NCBI GenBank assembly: GCA_963751345.1
Contig: CAVVUS010000021.1
Location: 32,001 to 96,000, forward strand
Direction of reading: 5' to 3'
DNA: 64,000 nt
Source: an uncultured Chloroflexia bacterium
GTDB lineage: Bacteria; Chloroflexota; Anaerolineae; B4-G1; SLSP01
Position 1 is the stretch's first letter. The number at the start of each line of letters is the position of its first letter. The notes under the pieces are model-generated. The model did no database searches. It was given only the letters and a program-made list of their open reading frames with translations, and had not been told where the DNA came from. Both the position numbers and the translations under genes were made by a program. Below, piece by piece: positions 35,213-45,604 of the stretch.

Positions 35213-35638
35213 TCAGCCCTGAGTAGCGCGTCCCTTTTCCATGCGGAGGCAACCGACCCGGAACCCATACGCCTCATAGAAGGCGATAGCGCCTTCGTTG
35301 TGTGCTAGCACGTCGAGGCGAACCGGTTTGTCGGTCCAGACGTTGGCAAAGAGCCAGTCCAACAGGTCGGTGGCGATGCCGCGCCGGCGATAGCCACGTT
35401 CGACGTAGAGATGGCGCATGTAGTAGGCTTCGCCATCGTCGCGGTAGAGCGCGTAGGCGACGATTTCGCCCTCCTGCCGGGCCAGATAGGCCGTGTACCC
35501 GCCGTCCAGAAACCCCGCCATCCGCTCTGCCAACTGTGAAACTGTCATTGGGTTGGGGTGGCGCTCATCCTCAATCAGCCGCCTGTTCATCGCGGCAAGG
35601 GCCGGTAGGTCCGCTGCGGTCGCCGGCTCGATCTGCAT
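35213..35638 (-). CDS. GNAT acetyltransferase
   Basis: YVERGYRRRGIA, NEGAIAFYEAYGF. Confidence 0.88.
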   Translation of the reverse strand: MQIEPATAADLPALAAMNRRLIEDERHPNPMTVSQLAERMAGFLDGGYTAYLARQEGEIVAYALYRDDGEAYYMRHLYVERGYRRRGIATDLLDWLFANVWTDKPVRLDVLAHNEGAIAFYEAYGFRVGCLRMEKGRATQG

Positions 35639-35649
35639 CGGCTCGCCCT

Positions 35650-36018
35650 CTACCGGCTCCAGAACCACATCGCGTCGAAGCCATTGGCCTCAAGCCAGGC
35701 CTCGTCCGGCCCCGACCAGCCGAAACGCTTGAGGTCGATCCTATCCTTCGCATCGAACTCAACCCCCTCGGCCTCCAGGAGCCGGCGCTGGTCGCTGCCT
35801 GGGAGGCTGATCTTGCCCTGGCTGTTGACCACGCGCTGCCACGGCACCTTCATCGGCTCGCGCACCGCTGCCAGAGCGTACCCCACCTGCCGCGCGCTGA
35901 CGGTGCCCACGATCTTGGAGACTTGCCCATACGTGGTCACCTTCCCTGCCGGCACCTGCCGGATCACCATGTAGATCCGCTCGTTGACAGACTGTCCCTG
36001 CGGCCCTTCCGGCGTCAT
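35650..36018 (-). CDS. atl: Alkyltransferase-like protein (MGMT family, Trp in place of catalytic Cys)
   Basis: VPAGKVTTYGQV, ARQVG, PWQRVV instead of PCHRV. Confidence 0.88.
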   Translation of the reverse strand: MTPEGPQGQSVNERIYMVIRQVPAGKVTTYGQVSKIVGTVSARQVGYALAAVREPMKVPWQRVVNSQGKISLPGSDQRRLLEAEGVEFDAKDRIDLKRFGWSGPDEAWLEANGFDAMWFWSR

Positions 36019-36040
36019 CTTCCTGCCTCCGTTCGTCGCG

Positions 36041-36502
36041 CTAGTGCACGCCCATATTCCGTATCATCGCCGTGTGATAGGTGTCGTGGGTCGCCATCCA
36101 CGCGATCACCTCGCCATACGTGCATCCCCACGCCATCTTGTCGCCGAGCCGCTGTTCATCAAAGGCCTCCAGCGCAGCAATGTAGGCCGCGTGGACCTTA
36201 TCCATTTCCGCGAGCGTCCGACCCCACGCCGCCTCGCTCGTGTCTTCGGGCAGCGGCGGGAAGTCACTGCCATCGAAGCTCAACGCACCCACTTCGCCGC
36301 CCAGAGCGGCCGCAAGCTGATGCTTCCAGTAGATCAGGTGAAGCACGACTCCCCAGACCGTATACCCCTCGAACGTATTGGTCGAGGTGACCTGGTCGAG
36401 CGAGTATTCCGCGAGCGTCTTGACAAGATTTGGGCTGTTGAACGAGCCACCGTTATACTCCGACTCGGTGAGCCACAGGATCAAAGGCAAGTCGATGGAC
36501 AT
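36041..36502 (-). CDS. DinB/YfiT family protein
   Basis: VVLHLIYWK and HDTYH metal triad. Confidence 0.82.
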   Translation of the reverse strand: MSIDLPLILWLTESEYNGGSFNSPNLVKTLAEYSLDQVTSTNTFEGYTVWGVVLHLIYWKHQLAAALGGEVGALSFDGSDFPPLPEDTSEAAWGRTLAEMDKVHAAYIAALEAFDEQRLGDKMAWGCTYGEVIAWMATHDTYHTAMIRNMGVH

Positions 36503-36610
36503 AGATAGCCTCCTAAGTTTCAGAGTGGCGACAGGCGATCGGGAATTCTGCCGGCAACGAGTCCCCCCTAAGGAGTAACCATATCGTCGCTGAGATCGAC
36601 GGGTTAGTCC

Positions 36611-37396
36611 TCAAGGTAACGACTGCCCGGCACCTGTCACACCCTCCACGATTCGCGCCATATTCCCTCCCAGGATCGCCCGCTTCTCCGTCTCGGAGAT
36701 CTTGGCATGGGTGACGCGGCCGATCTGGTGAGCGTTGTCGTTGAAGGGCACGTCGCTGCCGAAGAGAAGCCGGTCGGCGCCCACCGCCTCCACCCATTGT
36801 TCGAGGTCGCCATAGTAGACGCGCGACAAACATATGTCGAGATAGATGTTGCGCCGCCCCTCCATCACCACGGCATAGGCCTCGGCGGTCTCGGGGTCGT
36901 AGGTCGCCGCGGTGTGCGCCTCGATAAAGGTCACGTCGGGATAGCCCGCCGCGATCCGCTCCAGGATGCTCGGGCTGCCAAAGGTGTGGCTGAGCACGAT
37001 GCCGCGGCGCACCTGCATTGCAGCATAGACACGGTGGTAGGCGGGGGCATCGGGCGAGGTCTCGTGCCACGTCGGGTGCAGCTTGACGGCGAAGAGCCCA
37101 GACTCGTCCAGGCAGCGGGCCATCTCGCGCTCAATGTCGTCGGGATAGGTCGGGTTGATCGTGGCGTAGCCCCAGAAGCGCCCCGGGAAGCGGCGCACGG
37201 CGTCCGCAACAGCGTCGTTGCCGCGATGGTAGTCGCCTCCCAGCGCCTGGAACGACGAGATGCATGTGGTGTCGATGCCGATGCTGTCCATCGAGGCCAG
37301 GATCCCCTCGGCGCTGCCGTAGGCAGCATGGACCGTGGGGCAGCGCCCCAGGTGCCCGTGGGCGTCGATGACGCGCGCGGGAGCACGATGCGGCAT
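36611..37396 (-). CDS. Amidohydrolase family 2 protein
   Basis: IDAHGH, VKLHP, EAH, LLFGSDVP. Confidence 0.88.
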   Translation of the reverse strand: MPHRAPARVIDAHGHLGRCPTVHAAYGSAEGILASMDSIGIDTTCISSFQALGGDYHRGNDAVADAVRRFPGRFWGYATINPTYPDDIEREMARCLDESGLFAVKLHPTWHETSPDAPAYHRVYAAMQVRRGIVLSHTFGSPSILERIAAGYPDVTFIEAHTAATYDPETAEAYAVVMEGRRNIYLDICLSRVYYGDLEQWVEAVGADRLLFGSDVPFNDNAHQIGRVTHAKISETEKRAILGGNMARIVEGVTGAGQSLP

Positions 37397-37410
37397 ATCT
37401 GCGCCGGGGC

Positions 37411-37873
37411 TCACACGATGCCGTGCCAATCGCCCCCTTCGAGATCGCCCAGAAAGATCTTCCTATCCTCAGGATCGGCGATAGCCTCTCCGGCATGCGC
37501 CAAGGCGAGCGTCGCGCCTCGTCGTCATCGCCAGCCAGGGCGCGCGCTCGCGCGATCCCTTCATAGGCATAGGCAACGTCGAAGTCCGTCATCTGGTCGC
37601 GATAGGCCTCGGTCAAGGCGAGGCAACGCTCAGCGTACTCAAGCGCCGGTCGCGCGTTGCCCAATACGGTGAAGACGTGAGCGATCATCCACTCACCGCG
37701 CTGATGGTTGACCTCGGCACCGGCTTGGAGCCAGTGATAGAGTGATGCGAAGGCTGCGAGGACCATCTTCTCATCGTCGTCCTCCGAACGGCCTCCTTGC
37801 CCAAGAGCCCCCAAACCTCCCCATTGGTTCGTTTGGCGAACTCAAGCTGGGCCTCCTCAAGGGTGTATTTCAT
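37411..37873 (-). CDS. Conserved hypothetical helical protein, frameshifted
   Basis: Pieces join as NGEVWGLL...ASLYHW...RGEW...AYAYEGIARA. Confidence 0.7.
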
Positions 37874-37905
37874 CGTATCACTCTTCCCGCCCCCTCTTGC
37901 CCTCA

Positions 37906-38842
37906 TCAACCGGCACCATAGTCCTTGCGATAGATCCACACGTCCCGAACGACACGGAACCCAACGGATTCGTAGAGCCCCAGGGCCGGACCGCGGTAGT
38001 TCTCTGTCTGCACGTAGGTGCCCGTGGCACCCCTACCGCGCAGACGCCGCAATCCCTCTGAGACCAGGGCGCGCCCCACCCCTCTGCGGCGGTGCCCCTC
38101 ACACACACCCATCGGCTCAATCTGGCCCCGGAGCCGACCGGCATCGTCGACAGCTATCCAACATACGCAGAAGCCCACCAGACTATCATCCGGTGCGACC
38201 GCCACGAGGTCCAGCTCGGACCGATACTCCGGGCGCCGCAGCGTCCGGAGGCGCCAGTCGACAGTCATACTGCAGCTTTCGAACACTGCGCGATGCATAG
38301 CCACGTAGGCTGCTACCTCGGCTGGCCCCGCAAGAGAGCGTATTGCATAGCCTGCCGGCAGAGAGTTCGCCGGAATCGGTGCCCGGATATCGTGCCATAG
38401 CAAGCACGTCGGTCCAGGGATCCACCGGCACACTTGCTTGACAGGCGAAGCCGGCGCTCTCCAGATCGGGGATGCGGGCCTCCTGGCCACTCAGCACGTT
38501 CACAAACCACGCGGGATGCCCGCTCGGCGTCCCTACGACCTCGCGGGCTCGCCGGTCACCCCAGGCCAGGATACGTCGGTGAAGATCCCGATCCACATCC
38601 GGTACATAAGCGTAATCCAAGGTCCAGAAAGGCGTCTGCAGCACGGCCCAGGCCACAACGTTACCCTCGCCATCGGTCCATAACCCGACGTTGTTCGGAT
38701 CGTCGAGCGCCGGCGAACACACGCGGTAGGGCAGATCCACGAGGTGAAGGTTATCGCCCGGGTAGGCACGGACAAGTGCAGCCATCTTCTCGATGTCCGG
38801 ATCCCCCGAGAAGGGGCGCCGCAGAACCGCAGTCTTGCGCAT
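37906..38842 (-). CDS. Tandem-domain GNAT acetyltransferase, frameshift near 38390
   Basis: IEPMGV..HRRRGVGRAL, ALGLYESVGF; N-terminal half in ORF 38186..38842. Confidence 0.8.
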
Positions 38843-39822
38843 CAGTCTGTCGTTCGACCGCCGTGCGTCACGCTCAGTCTCACAAACTCCTCGGACATTG
38901 CCACAATCGCATCCTGGCGATGGCCCGCGCCGGCAGGATCAGAATACCATTGGGCGATGAAACCGCCATCGGGCCTCCCGAGCGTACGCACGAGCCTCCG
39001 GCAATAAGCGCGGATCTCGTCGAGGGTACCACGCACCATCGTCTGTTGGATATCCACAGGACACCAGAAGGTGATCCTGCCGCCGAAGCGCTCCCCAAGC
39101 GCCTCCACCCCCATATTCTCCTGCTGATCCATCTGGATCACATCAAGGCCGATCTCGATCAGGTCGTCGAGGATCTGCGTGATGTCGCCGCAGCTATGGA
39201 GCATCGTCAGCAGTCCGGCATCGTGGGCAGCCCGGTACACCCGTGCATAGCGCGGCTTCCAGAGCTGGCGCCAGGAGTTCGGCGAAATCATCAGCCCATG
39301 CTGGAGGCCCCAGTCATCCGCGAAAAGATAGCCATCAACGCCGGCCTCGGCATAGCGTTCGATGGCATAGAGGTTCATGTCGACGAGCAGATCGATCAGG
39401 CGGCCAAGCTCGTCGGGTGCGAGGTAGATGTCCATCCAGACGTTTTCGAGCCCGCGGATGAAGTGGGTACGCTCGTAGAGTGAGATCCCGCCGCCAATCA
39501 GGAACTTGCTGCCGGCCCGGTCGCGAGCGCCATCCAGGTCTTGCCAGCGGCGTGGCTCGCGGATGTCCGGAATGGACAATGTGTCCCAGTCTGCCCAGTC
39601 CTTCAGTGGGACTTCCTTCACCTCGCCGAGGTTGGAGATGCCGATGTTCTCCCAGACCGAGCCCCATTCGTCCACGCCGGTCCTGGGTCGGGCGTCTGGA
39701 GAAGGCGTCATCCCGGTCCACGCCAGATCGGTGCCGAAGGGCTCCGGCAGGTTGTAGGGAATGCGATCCGCACCCTCAAAGCGGATCGTACGTGTCACGA
39801 CCTCTCTTGGCGTCATAGACAT
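38842..39822 (-). CDS. URO-D / MtaA-like family protein (copy 2)
   Basis: MTPRE, DEWG, RGLEN, FADDWGLQ, LHSCG, VDIQ. Confidence 0.88.
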   Translation of the reverse strand: MSMTPREVVTRTIRFEGADRIPYNLPEPFGTDLAWTGMTPSPDARPRTGVDEWGSVWENIGISNLGEVKEVPLKDWADWDTLSIPDIREPRRWQDLDGARDRAGSKFLIGGGISLYERTHFIRGLENVWMDIYLAPDELGRLIDLLVDMNLYAIERYAEAGVDGYLFADDWGLQHGLMISPNSWRQLWKPRYARVYRAAHDAGLLTMLHSCGDITQILDDLIEIGLDVIQMDQQENMGVEALGERFGGRITFWCPVDIQQTMVRGTLDEIRAYCRRLVRTLGRPDGGFIAQWYSDPAGAGHRQDAIVAMSEEFVRLSVTHGGRTTD

Positions 39823-39858
39823 GGGTCGTCTCCTGATTCTACTGTGATCTAGGCGGAT

Positions 39859-40013
39859 CCGACTTGTAGTCGGCTAAGCTGATACCTGGCGTTCATAGGG
39901 CGGGGCGCCCAGTTTGCTGGGCGCGCGCCCAGTTTGCTGGGCGCGTCTGCTGCCGCTTCGGCTTCAGTCGTTCCGGTGCCTCAGGAAGCGGCGGCAGAAC
40001 CGATGAATCGGTT
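39859..40013. repeat. Cluster of five palindromes including a perfect 20-bp tandem repeat
   Basis: CCGACT-tgt-AGTCGG; GCGCCCAGtttgCTGGGCGC twice (39905-39944); 14-bp stem 39946-39998; AACCGATgaATCGGTT. Confidence 0.8.
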
Positions 40014-40151
40014 AGGGCGAACCAGCTTGACTGACCACCAGCAACGGGCACTGGGCCTTGGGTGATGGGAAGCTTTGTCGTTAGGGCTTCCCAGGTTCGA
40101 TGAGTGCTGTCTCGTCATGGCAGCTCGCGGTCTTCGCCCGACGGGCCCGTG

Positions 40152-41183
40152 CTATCGACGCAGAGCGACCGTTACCTCGCTGCGATTGTGAAACAATTGG
40201 CGTACCCCGGCAATCTCGTAGCTATCACGCAGCAGCGCCAGAGCAGCATCCATAGTCGGCTTGGTGCCTCGTTTGGGCAGCTTCAGCGTCATCAGCGCCC
40301 AGCCTCGCGGGTGCAGGCTCTCGGCAGCCATGGCCATCAACCGCGCCGAGTCGCGGGCGTCCATCCGCATATCGTTCAAGATGATGTCGAACGCGCCATC
40401 GACCTGCGGCAGGTAGTCCTGTGCCAGCAGTCTGACGTGCCGGACACCGGGGTCGGCGCGCAATACAGGAGCCAGATCGGCCGGATCGACGGCGGTCACC
40501 TCGATGTCGAGCTGTCGCAGGACCCTGGTCCATCCACCGGGCGCCGCACCGAGATCGAGCGCCGTCCGCGCCTCTGAGGGGTCGAGCTGAAAGACCTCCA
40601 TGGCCTCCAGCAGCTTGAACTCCGCCCGACTGATCTGCTCGGGCTCACGCCGGAAGCGTCGAGCGCCCCCTGCCCAGTCGCTCAGGTTGTCCTCGGCGCG
40701 CGAAAGGCCCAGGAAGCCCCGATCCGACGTAAGGACGACGGACATCACCTCCACCGGCTCGCGCACATCCAAGCGCGCGCCGCTTCGCGCAAGTACCGTT
40801 GCCAGCCGGGTGTTGACGTCATACGGTCCGTAGGGCCACCCACCGCCCAGGGTCCGGGTCTGTACCGAGAAGGGCTCCGGGCCGCCCAGGTCATCCACAA
40901 ATTCATCGGCAACTGCCGCCAGAAGCTCCAGGTCGTCGTCGTTCTGCATCAGTGGCACCGTTACCTGGACAGGACAGATGTGCCGGCAGAAAATGGGTGG
41001 CTGTGCCCGAAGCCGCCCTGCCAATGCCGCCCAACTGTCGCCCAGTGCGACCCACCCTACGTCGGATGCCAGCCAGCGCCGTAGCTGCGAGCCGGGAGCG
41101 GCATTAAGGATCTCCGCAAGAGCCAGATCGCGAGAGGCAGGATCCGCAGTCAGGAGCAACTCGTCCCTTCGCACGTTAGCCAT
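40152..41183 (-). CDS. RlmM-like / FtsJ-family SAM-dependent RNA methyltransferase
   Basis: ISRAEFKLLEA, ALDLGAAPGGWT, VDPA, NDMR, TLKLP, LFHNRSE. Confidence 0.85.
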   Translation of the reverse strand: MANVRRDELLLTADPASRDLALAEILNAAPGSQLRRWLASDVGWVALGDSWAALAGRLRAQPPIFCRHICPVQVTVPLMQNDDDLELLAAVADEFVDDLGGPEPFSVQTRTLGGGWPYGPYDVNTRLATVLARSGARLDVREPVEVMSVVLTSDRGFLGLSRAEDNLSDWAGGARRFRREPEQISRAEFKLLEAMEVFQLDPSEARTALDLGAAPGGWTRVLRQLDIEVTAVDPADLAPVLRADPGVRHVRLLAQDYLPQVDGAFDIILNDMRMDARDSARLMAMAAESLHPRGWALMTLKLPKRGTKPTMDAALALLRDSYEIAGVRQLFHNRSEVTVALRR

Positions 41184-41985
41184 CGTTCGACCGCCCCGCA
41201 CCGGCGAGCAGCCGGCTGAGATTCCCACCTGCCACCAGCGCACGCGCATCCTCGTCGATCAGGCTGTAGGCCAGGGCCGTGATCGGGGGACCCGGCGCGC
41301 GGTGGGGCAGCCCGGTGCCGAAGAGGACACGCTCGGGCCCAAATGTCTCGCAGACCAGCTCGATGCCGCGGTGGACCGTGTAGTACGACGTCTCGAAGTG
41401 CAGGTTAGCATGCTGGCGCAGCAGCGCGAAGAGCCGGCGGTCGCTGCCGATGTTGGGCCTCACCAGGACGATGGGCAGCTCCGGAAATGCCTCACATACC
41501 TCGTGGATGCCACCGAAGTCGATCGTCCGCTCACTCCAGCCTTCGTGTCCGAAGTCGACCCAGAGCGGGACGCGGTACGCAGCCAATCGCTCGATCAGCG
41601 GCGCCAGATTCCACAACCTGAAAGCGAAGCGGAAGTCCACCGGAAAGACGCGGGCCGCCCGCACGCCCGAGGCCAGCATCTCGCCGACTGCCGCATCAGG
41701 AGCCGGGAACTCGCCGGTATCGTGGGGAAGCAGCACCCAGCAGGGCTCGAACTCGGGATGGCCGGAGATCTCCTCCAGAAGCTCCCGGTTGCCCACGACA
41801 GGATCGTACCCCGCTGCGTCGGCATGGTAGACAAGCGCGCGACCGATGCCATTGTCGTGCAGCACCGCTGAGAGCTCCTCTGCGGTGCTGGGCGCACCCG
41901 CCCGGTGAGCGCGCGTCCGCCCCAGGCAGCACTCTGCATCGAACCACTCAGTCCCGAAGGGCTGGGTCTCCACGTTCCTCCGCAT
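41176..41985 (-). CDS. Amidohydrolase family 2-like protein lacking canonical metal ligands
   Basis: WFDAECCLG in place of DxHxH; VLFGTGLP in place of FGSD. Confidence 0.75.
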   Translation of the reverse strand: MRRNVETQPFGTEWFDAECCLGRTRAHRAGAPSTAEELSAVLHDNGIGRALVYHADAAGYDPVVGNRELLEEISGHPEFEPCWVLLPHDTGEFPAPDAAVGEMLASGVRAARVFPVDFRFAFRLWNLAPLIERLAAYRVPLWVDFGHEGWSERTIDFGGIHEVCEAFPELPIVLVRPNIGSDRRLFALLRQHANLHFETSYYTVHRGIELVCETFGPERVLFGTGLPHRAPGPPITALAYSLIDEDARALVAGGNLSRLLAGAGRSNDG

Positions 41986-43252
41986 CCTTCAGCTCCTCGA
42001 CATTGACCCCCGACATCACCTTATGGAACGCATCGATGATCTGATCCAGCAGCGGGAACTGCGGCTCGGTGAGGACCGGCAGCGCGACCAACTGCGGGTG
42101 GAAGGCCTCACTCACGGGCAGGTCTCCCGGGGCATAGGGCGCAGACGCATACTCGGAACTCACCAAGGGCGCCAGGTAACCATCGTAGGCCCGCTGGCGG
42201 TTCCGGTAGTAGGGCGTCATGTGCAGCAGCGGATAGCGCTCGACGTCGCAGGGCACGCCCTCTGCCTGTAACGCCTTGAGCAGTACACCGCGCGGTATAT
42301 CGACGAGCTTGGCACTGTCGTAGAGGATCCGTGTGCCGTAGTATCCACCCCGCGTGCCCGCCTCCGGTGTCTCGGTGACGCTGATTGCGGGCAGGTCCTG
42401 AAGGCCGGCCATCAGGTAGTCATAGTTGTCGCGACGCCCGGCGTTGAAATCATCCAGACGCTTGAACTGCTCCAGCGCAATCGCCGCCCCCAGCGGATGG
42501 GGACGGTATTTGAAGCCCAGGCCCGTCGTCAGCTCGCGCAGGGCCTCGTCGTGAACATCGGACTGAATCCGGCCATGGCTGCCCAGCACGAGCGCGCGAT
42601 CGTAGACATCGGCCCGATTTGTGATCAACATCCCGCCCTCGCCCGCCACCAGGACCTTGCTGCCCTGCAAGCTGAACGCGCCGACGTCACCGATGGTACC
42701 CACGTGCCGCCCGTGCCACGTCGCCCCGTGGGCGTGGGAGCAGTCCTCAACCACCGCCAGACCGTGCGCGTGAGCCAACGCCATCACGGCGTCCATGTCG
42801 GCAACGTTGCCCCACATGTGAACCACGGCGATAGCCTTGGTCCGGGGCGTGATCCGCCGGGCGGCGTCCTCGACATCCAGGTTGAGCGTCCGTGGGTCGC
42901 TCTCGCAGAAGATCGGAACGGCGTTCGCCATGACGACGGCGCCCGCGGTTGCGTGCCACGTGTAGGCTGGGACCAACACCTCATCGCCCGGGCCCACCCC
43001 CACGCCATAGTAAGCAGCGTGTAGCGCTGCCGTTCCGCTGTTGTGCATCAAAGCGAACTCGGCGCGCGTATAAGCGGCAAAGACTGCCTCCAGCTCGCCG
43101 ATCGGGCCCGAGCCATCCCCGATGGAGAGCCGGCCCGCGCGCATCAGGGCCACGACGGCGTCGATCTCCGCCTGGCCAATCCTGGGCCAGGCATCATCCA
43201 CCGGCAGCGTCACGGCCTTTGGGCCGCCAAACAGAGCAAGTCTATCGGTCAT
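41948..43252 (-). CDS. DegT/DnrJ/EryC1/StrS PLP-dependent aminotransferase
   Basis: NSGTAALH, GDEVLVP, VHMWG, EDCSHAHG, FSLQGSKVLVAGEGG. Confidence 0.92.
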   Translation of the reverse strand: MTDRLALFGGPKAVTLPVDDAWPRIGQAEIDAVVALMRAGRLSIGDGSGPIGELEAVFAAYTRAEFALMHNSGTAALHAAYYGVGVGPGDEVLVPAYTWHATAGAVVMANAVPIFCESDPRTLNLDVEDAARRITPRTKAIAVVHMWGNVADMDAVMALAHAHGLAVVEDCSHAHGATWHGRHVGTIGDVGAFSLQGSKVLVAGEGGMLITNRADVYDRALVLGSHGRIQSDVHDEALRELTTGLGFKYRPHPLGAAIALEQFKRLDDFNAGRRDNYDYLMAGLQDLPAISVTETPEAGTRGGYYGTRILYDSAKLVDIPRGVLLKALQAEGVPCDVERYPLLHMTPYYRNRQRAYDGYLAPLVSSEYASAPYAPGDLPVSEAFHPQLVALPVLTEPQFPLLDQIIDAFHKVMSGVNVEELKDAEERGDPALRD

Positions 43253-43275
43253 GGATTCTCCATTCCCAGATCCTG

Positions 43276-45604
43276 CTAGATCGTATCGAACTCAGTCCGC
43301 AGGATCAACTCATCCTGCATCTGAGGCGAGAGACGGGTGAAGTAGTCCGCGTAGCCGCCGATGCGGACGATCAGATCTCGGTAGGGCTCCGGGTTGGCCC
43401 GCGCGGCCTTGAGCGTCTCCCCGTCGACGACGTTCACCTGGACCTCAAAGCCGCCCCGGCGCAGGAAGGTAAGGATCAGGGCCTTGAGCCCGGTATACCC
43501 GTCATCGGATCGGAAGAGCGAGCTGTTGAACTTGAGGTTGTACGCCAGCCCGCCGATCATACGACTGTGATCCCAACCGGTCACCGAGAGCACGGCTGCG
43601 GTGGGTCCGCAGGTCTCCCTCCCCTGCGCCGGGCCGCAGCCGTCGGCGAAGGGAAAGCCGGCGTGGCGCCCATCGGGCGTCGCCCCGGTCTCGCGGCCCA
43701 ACTGCTCGTGCATCACCCAGGCGAAAGCACCGGGGACGTAGGCGCTGTCGTCCGGCGCGACCGAGAACCCCGCGCAGGTATCGGCTACAAAGCGGATGGC
43801 CTCGCCGAACAGGGCGTCGACGTCGGCGTTGCTCTGCCCATACTTCGGGTAGCCGTTGAGGAAGCGAAGCCGCGTGGCCTCGAGCCCCTCGAAGTCGGCA
43901 TCGAGGATCGCCTTCAGTTGCGCCAGGGTCAGCCGCTGCTGGCGATAGACCTCCTCGCGGATGACGTAGAGCGCGTCGGCGAGGTTGGCGAGGCCGATGA
44001 AAGAGCACTCGACCCAGTTATACCGCGCACCACCATCCTCGATATCCCGCCCTTCGGCGACGCAATCCCGCGTGAAGACGCTCTGAAGGGGTCTTCGCAT
44101 CGCCCGTTGGCGCTCCAGCCGGGCGGCGTTCTGCGCAGCCACGCCATCGGCAATCGCCGTCCCCAACCGCAGCCGGTAAGCGGCAACGAAGTCATCGAAT
44201 GAAGCGGGCGGCGCCTCCGCCTGGTCAGCAATCTCGTCGAGGAGCAGGCCGCGCTCTGAAGAGGTCTCCGCATCGCCCGTTGGCGCTCCAGCCGGGCGGC
44301 GTTCTGCGCAGCCACGCCATCGGCAATCGCCGTCCCCAACCGCCGCCGGTACGCAGCAACGAAGTCATCGAAGGTAGCGGGCGCCGCCTCCGCCTGGTCG
44401 GCAATCTCGTCGAGGAGCAGGCCACAGGTGTTGTAGTAGGGAGAGGCCACCCAGACGTTGCTCGCGCCGGAGGGCGTGATCTCCACGCAGGTGGAGTTGA
44501 TGTACCGGCACGCCTCGGCCCCGGGCACGCCCAGCGCAGCCAAGCCCTGCTGGATGGTCGCGTCACCGAAAAAGGCGGGGGTCGGGTAGCCGTGACCCAT
44601 CAGGTCCACCGTGAGATCGACCAAAGTCTGGGTGTACCCTCGTGCCAGCAGACGCCCACGGTCGGATAGATCATGTGGGTGCTGCGGATCGCCTCCAGGC
44701 AGAGATATGAGAGCTCGTTAGTGACATCGTTCCCGAGCTTATCGCGCCCCCCGACCATCACCGACATCGCCAGCCCGTCCGGGACATAGGCGTTGACGTA
44801 AATGTAGAGCTGCTCGATCAGGTGCAGCGCCTCGTCACGCGTCAGTCGCCCCCGGGCGACGTCCACCTCATAGAAGGGGCCGAGCGTACGGTCGAGATGA
44901 CCCGGTACCACCAGCCAGGCGCGATCGGCGTTCATCACACCGATGAGCACAAACCATAGGAGTTGAATGGCTTCAATATACGAGGTGGGTGGCTCGTGGG
45001 CTATGCGCCGGCACGCAGCGGCGAGCGAGTGGAGCCCCGCCTGGCGAGCAGGGTCGGCCCCCGCGATGGCGGCCTCGACCGTCCCGGCCGCGGCTTCGAT
45101 CATCGCAGAGAGACCGTGCAGGCCCAGCAGGAAACTGCGATAGGTGTCGCCCTGTCCGTGCCTTCCGGGTAGCTTCGAGCTGCCCGAAAGGTCATCCGGA
45201 AGGTGACCCTCGATCTCCGCCGCCAGTCCATCGATCCCGAGGCGCATCAAGCGATCCAGATCCAGCTCGCAATGTCCCGTCTGGCCGGGAAAATCGAGCT
45301 TATAGTCGGCCAGATACGCCTGCGCTGCCTCGACGTCGGCCTCCGCGTGCTCCGGCGCGCGCAGACGCCCGACGAAGAACTCGAGCTCGTCGAAGTCGAA
45401 GCGCATCGTAGCCAGGCGGTCGCGCGTGATCAGGCCGCGCCGTATCGTCCACGATGACTCTTGCTCGGACGCTCGCAGGGATGCCGCGTCGACGACCGAG
45501 GTGTCGCGGATCCGCGCCAGGTCGCCGGCGTTCTTGGAGGTCATCACGCGTTCGCGCAGCGTCGCGATGCGCTCCGCACCGGTAGAGAGGACGCTGTCGC
45601 TCAC
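43276..45604 (-). CDS. Glycyl radical enzyme (PFL-like family); one homopolymer frameshift and an internal duplication
   Basis: EAIQLLWF, GHLDR, Cys loop STCVE, ATPDGR, QVNVVD, Gly loop VRIGGY. Confidence 0.9.
44079..44423. repeat. Tandem duplication, 173-nt period, inside the GRE gene
   Basis: 44079-44250 versus 44252-44423: 172 nt with 9 substitutions, counted by eye. Confidence 0.95.

Noticed and set aside
39905-39944. Possible mini-CRISPR
   Set aside because: Two abutting 20-bp units with no spacer and no cas genes.
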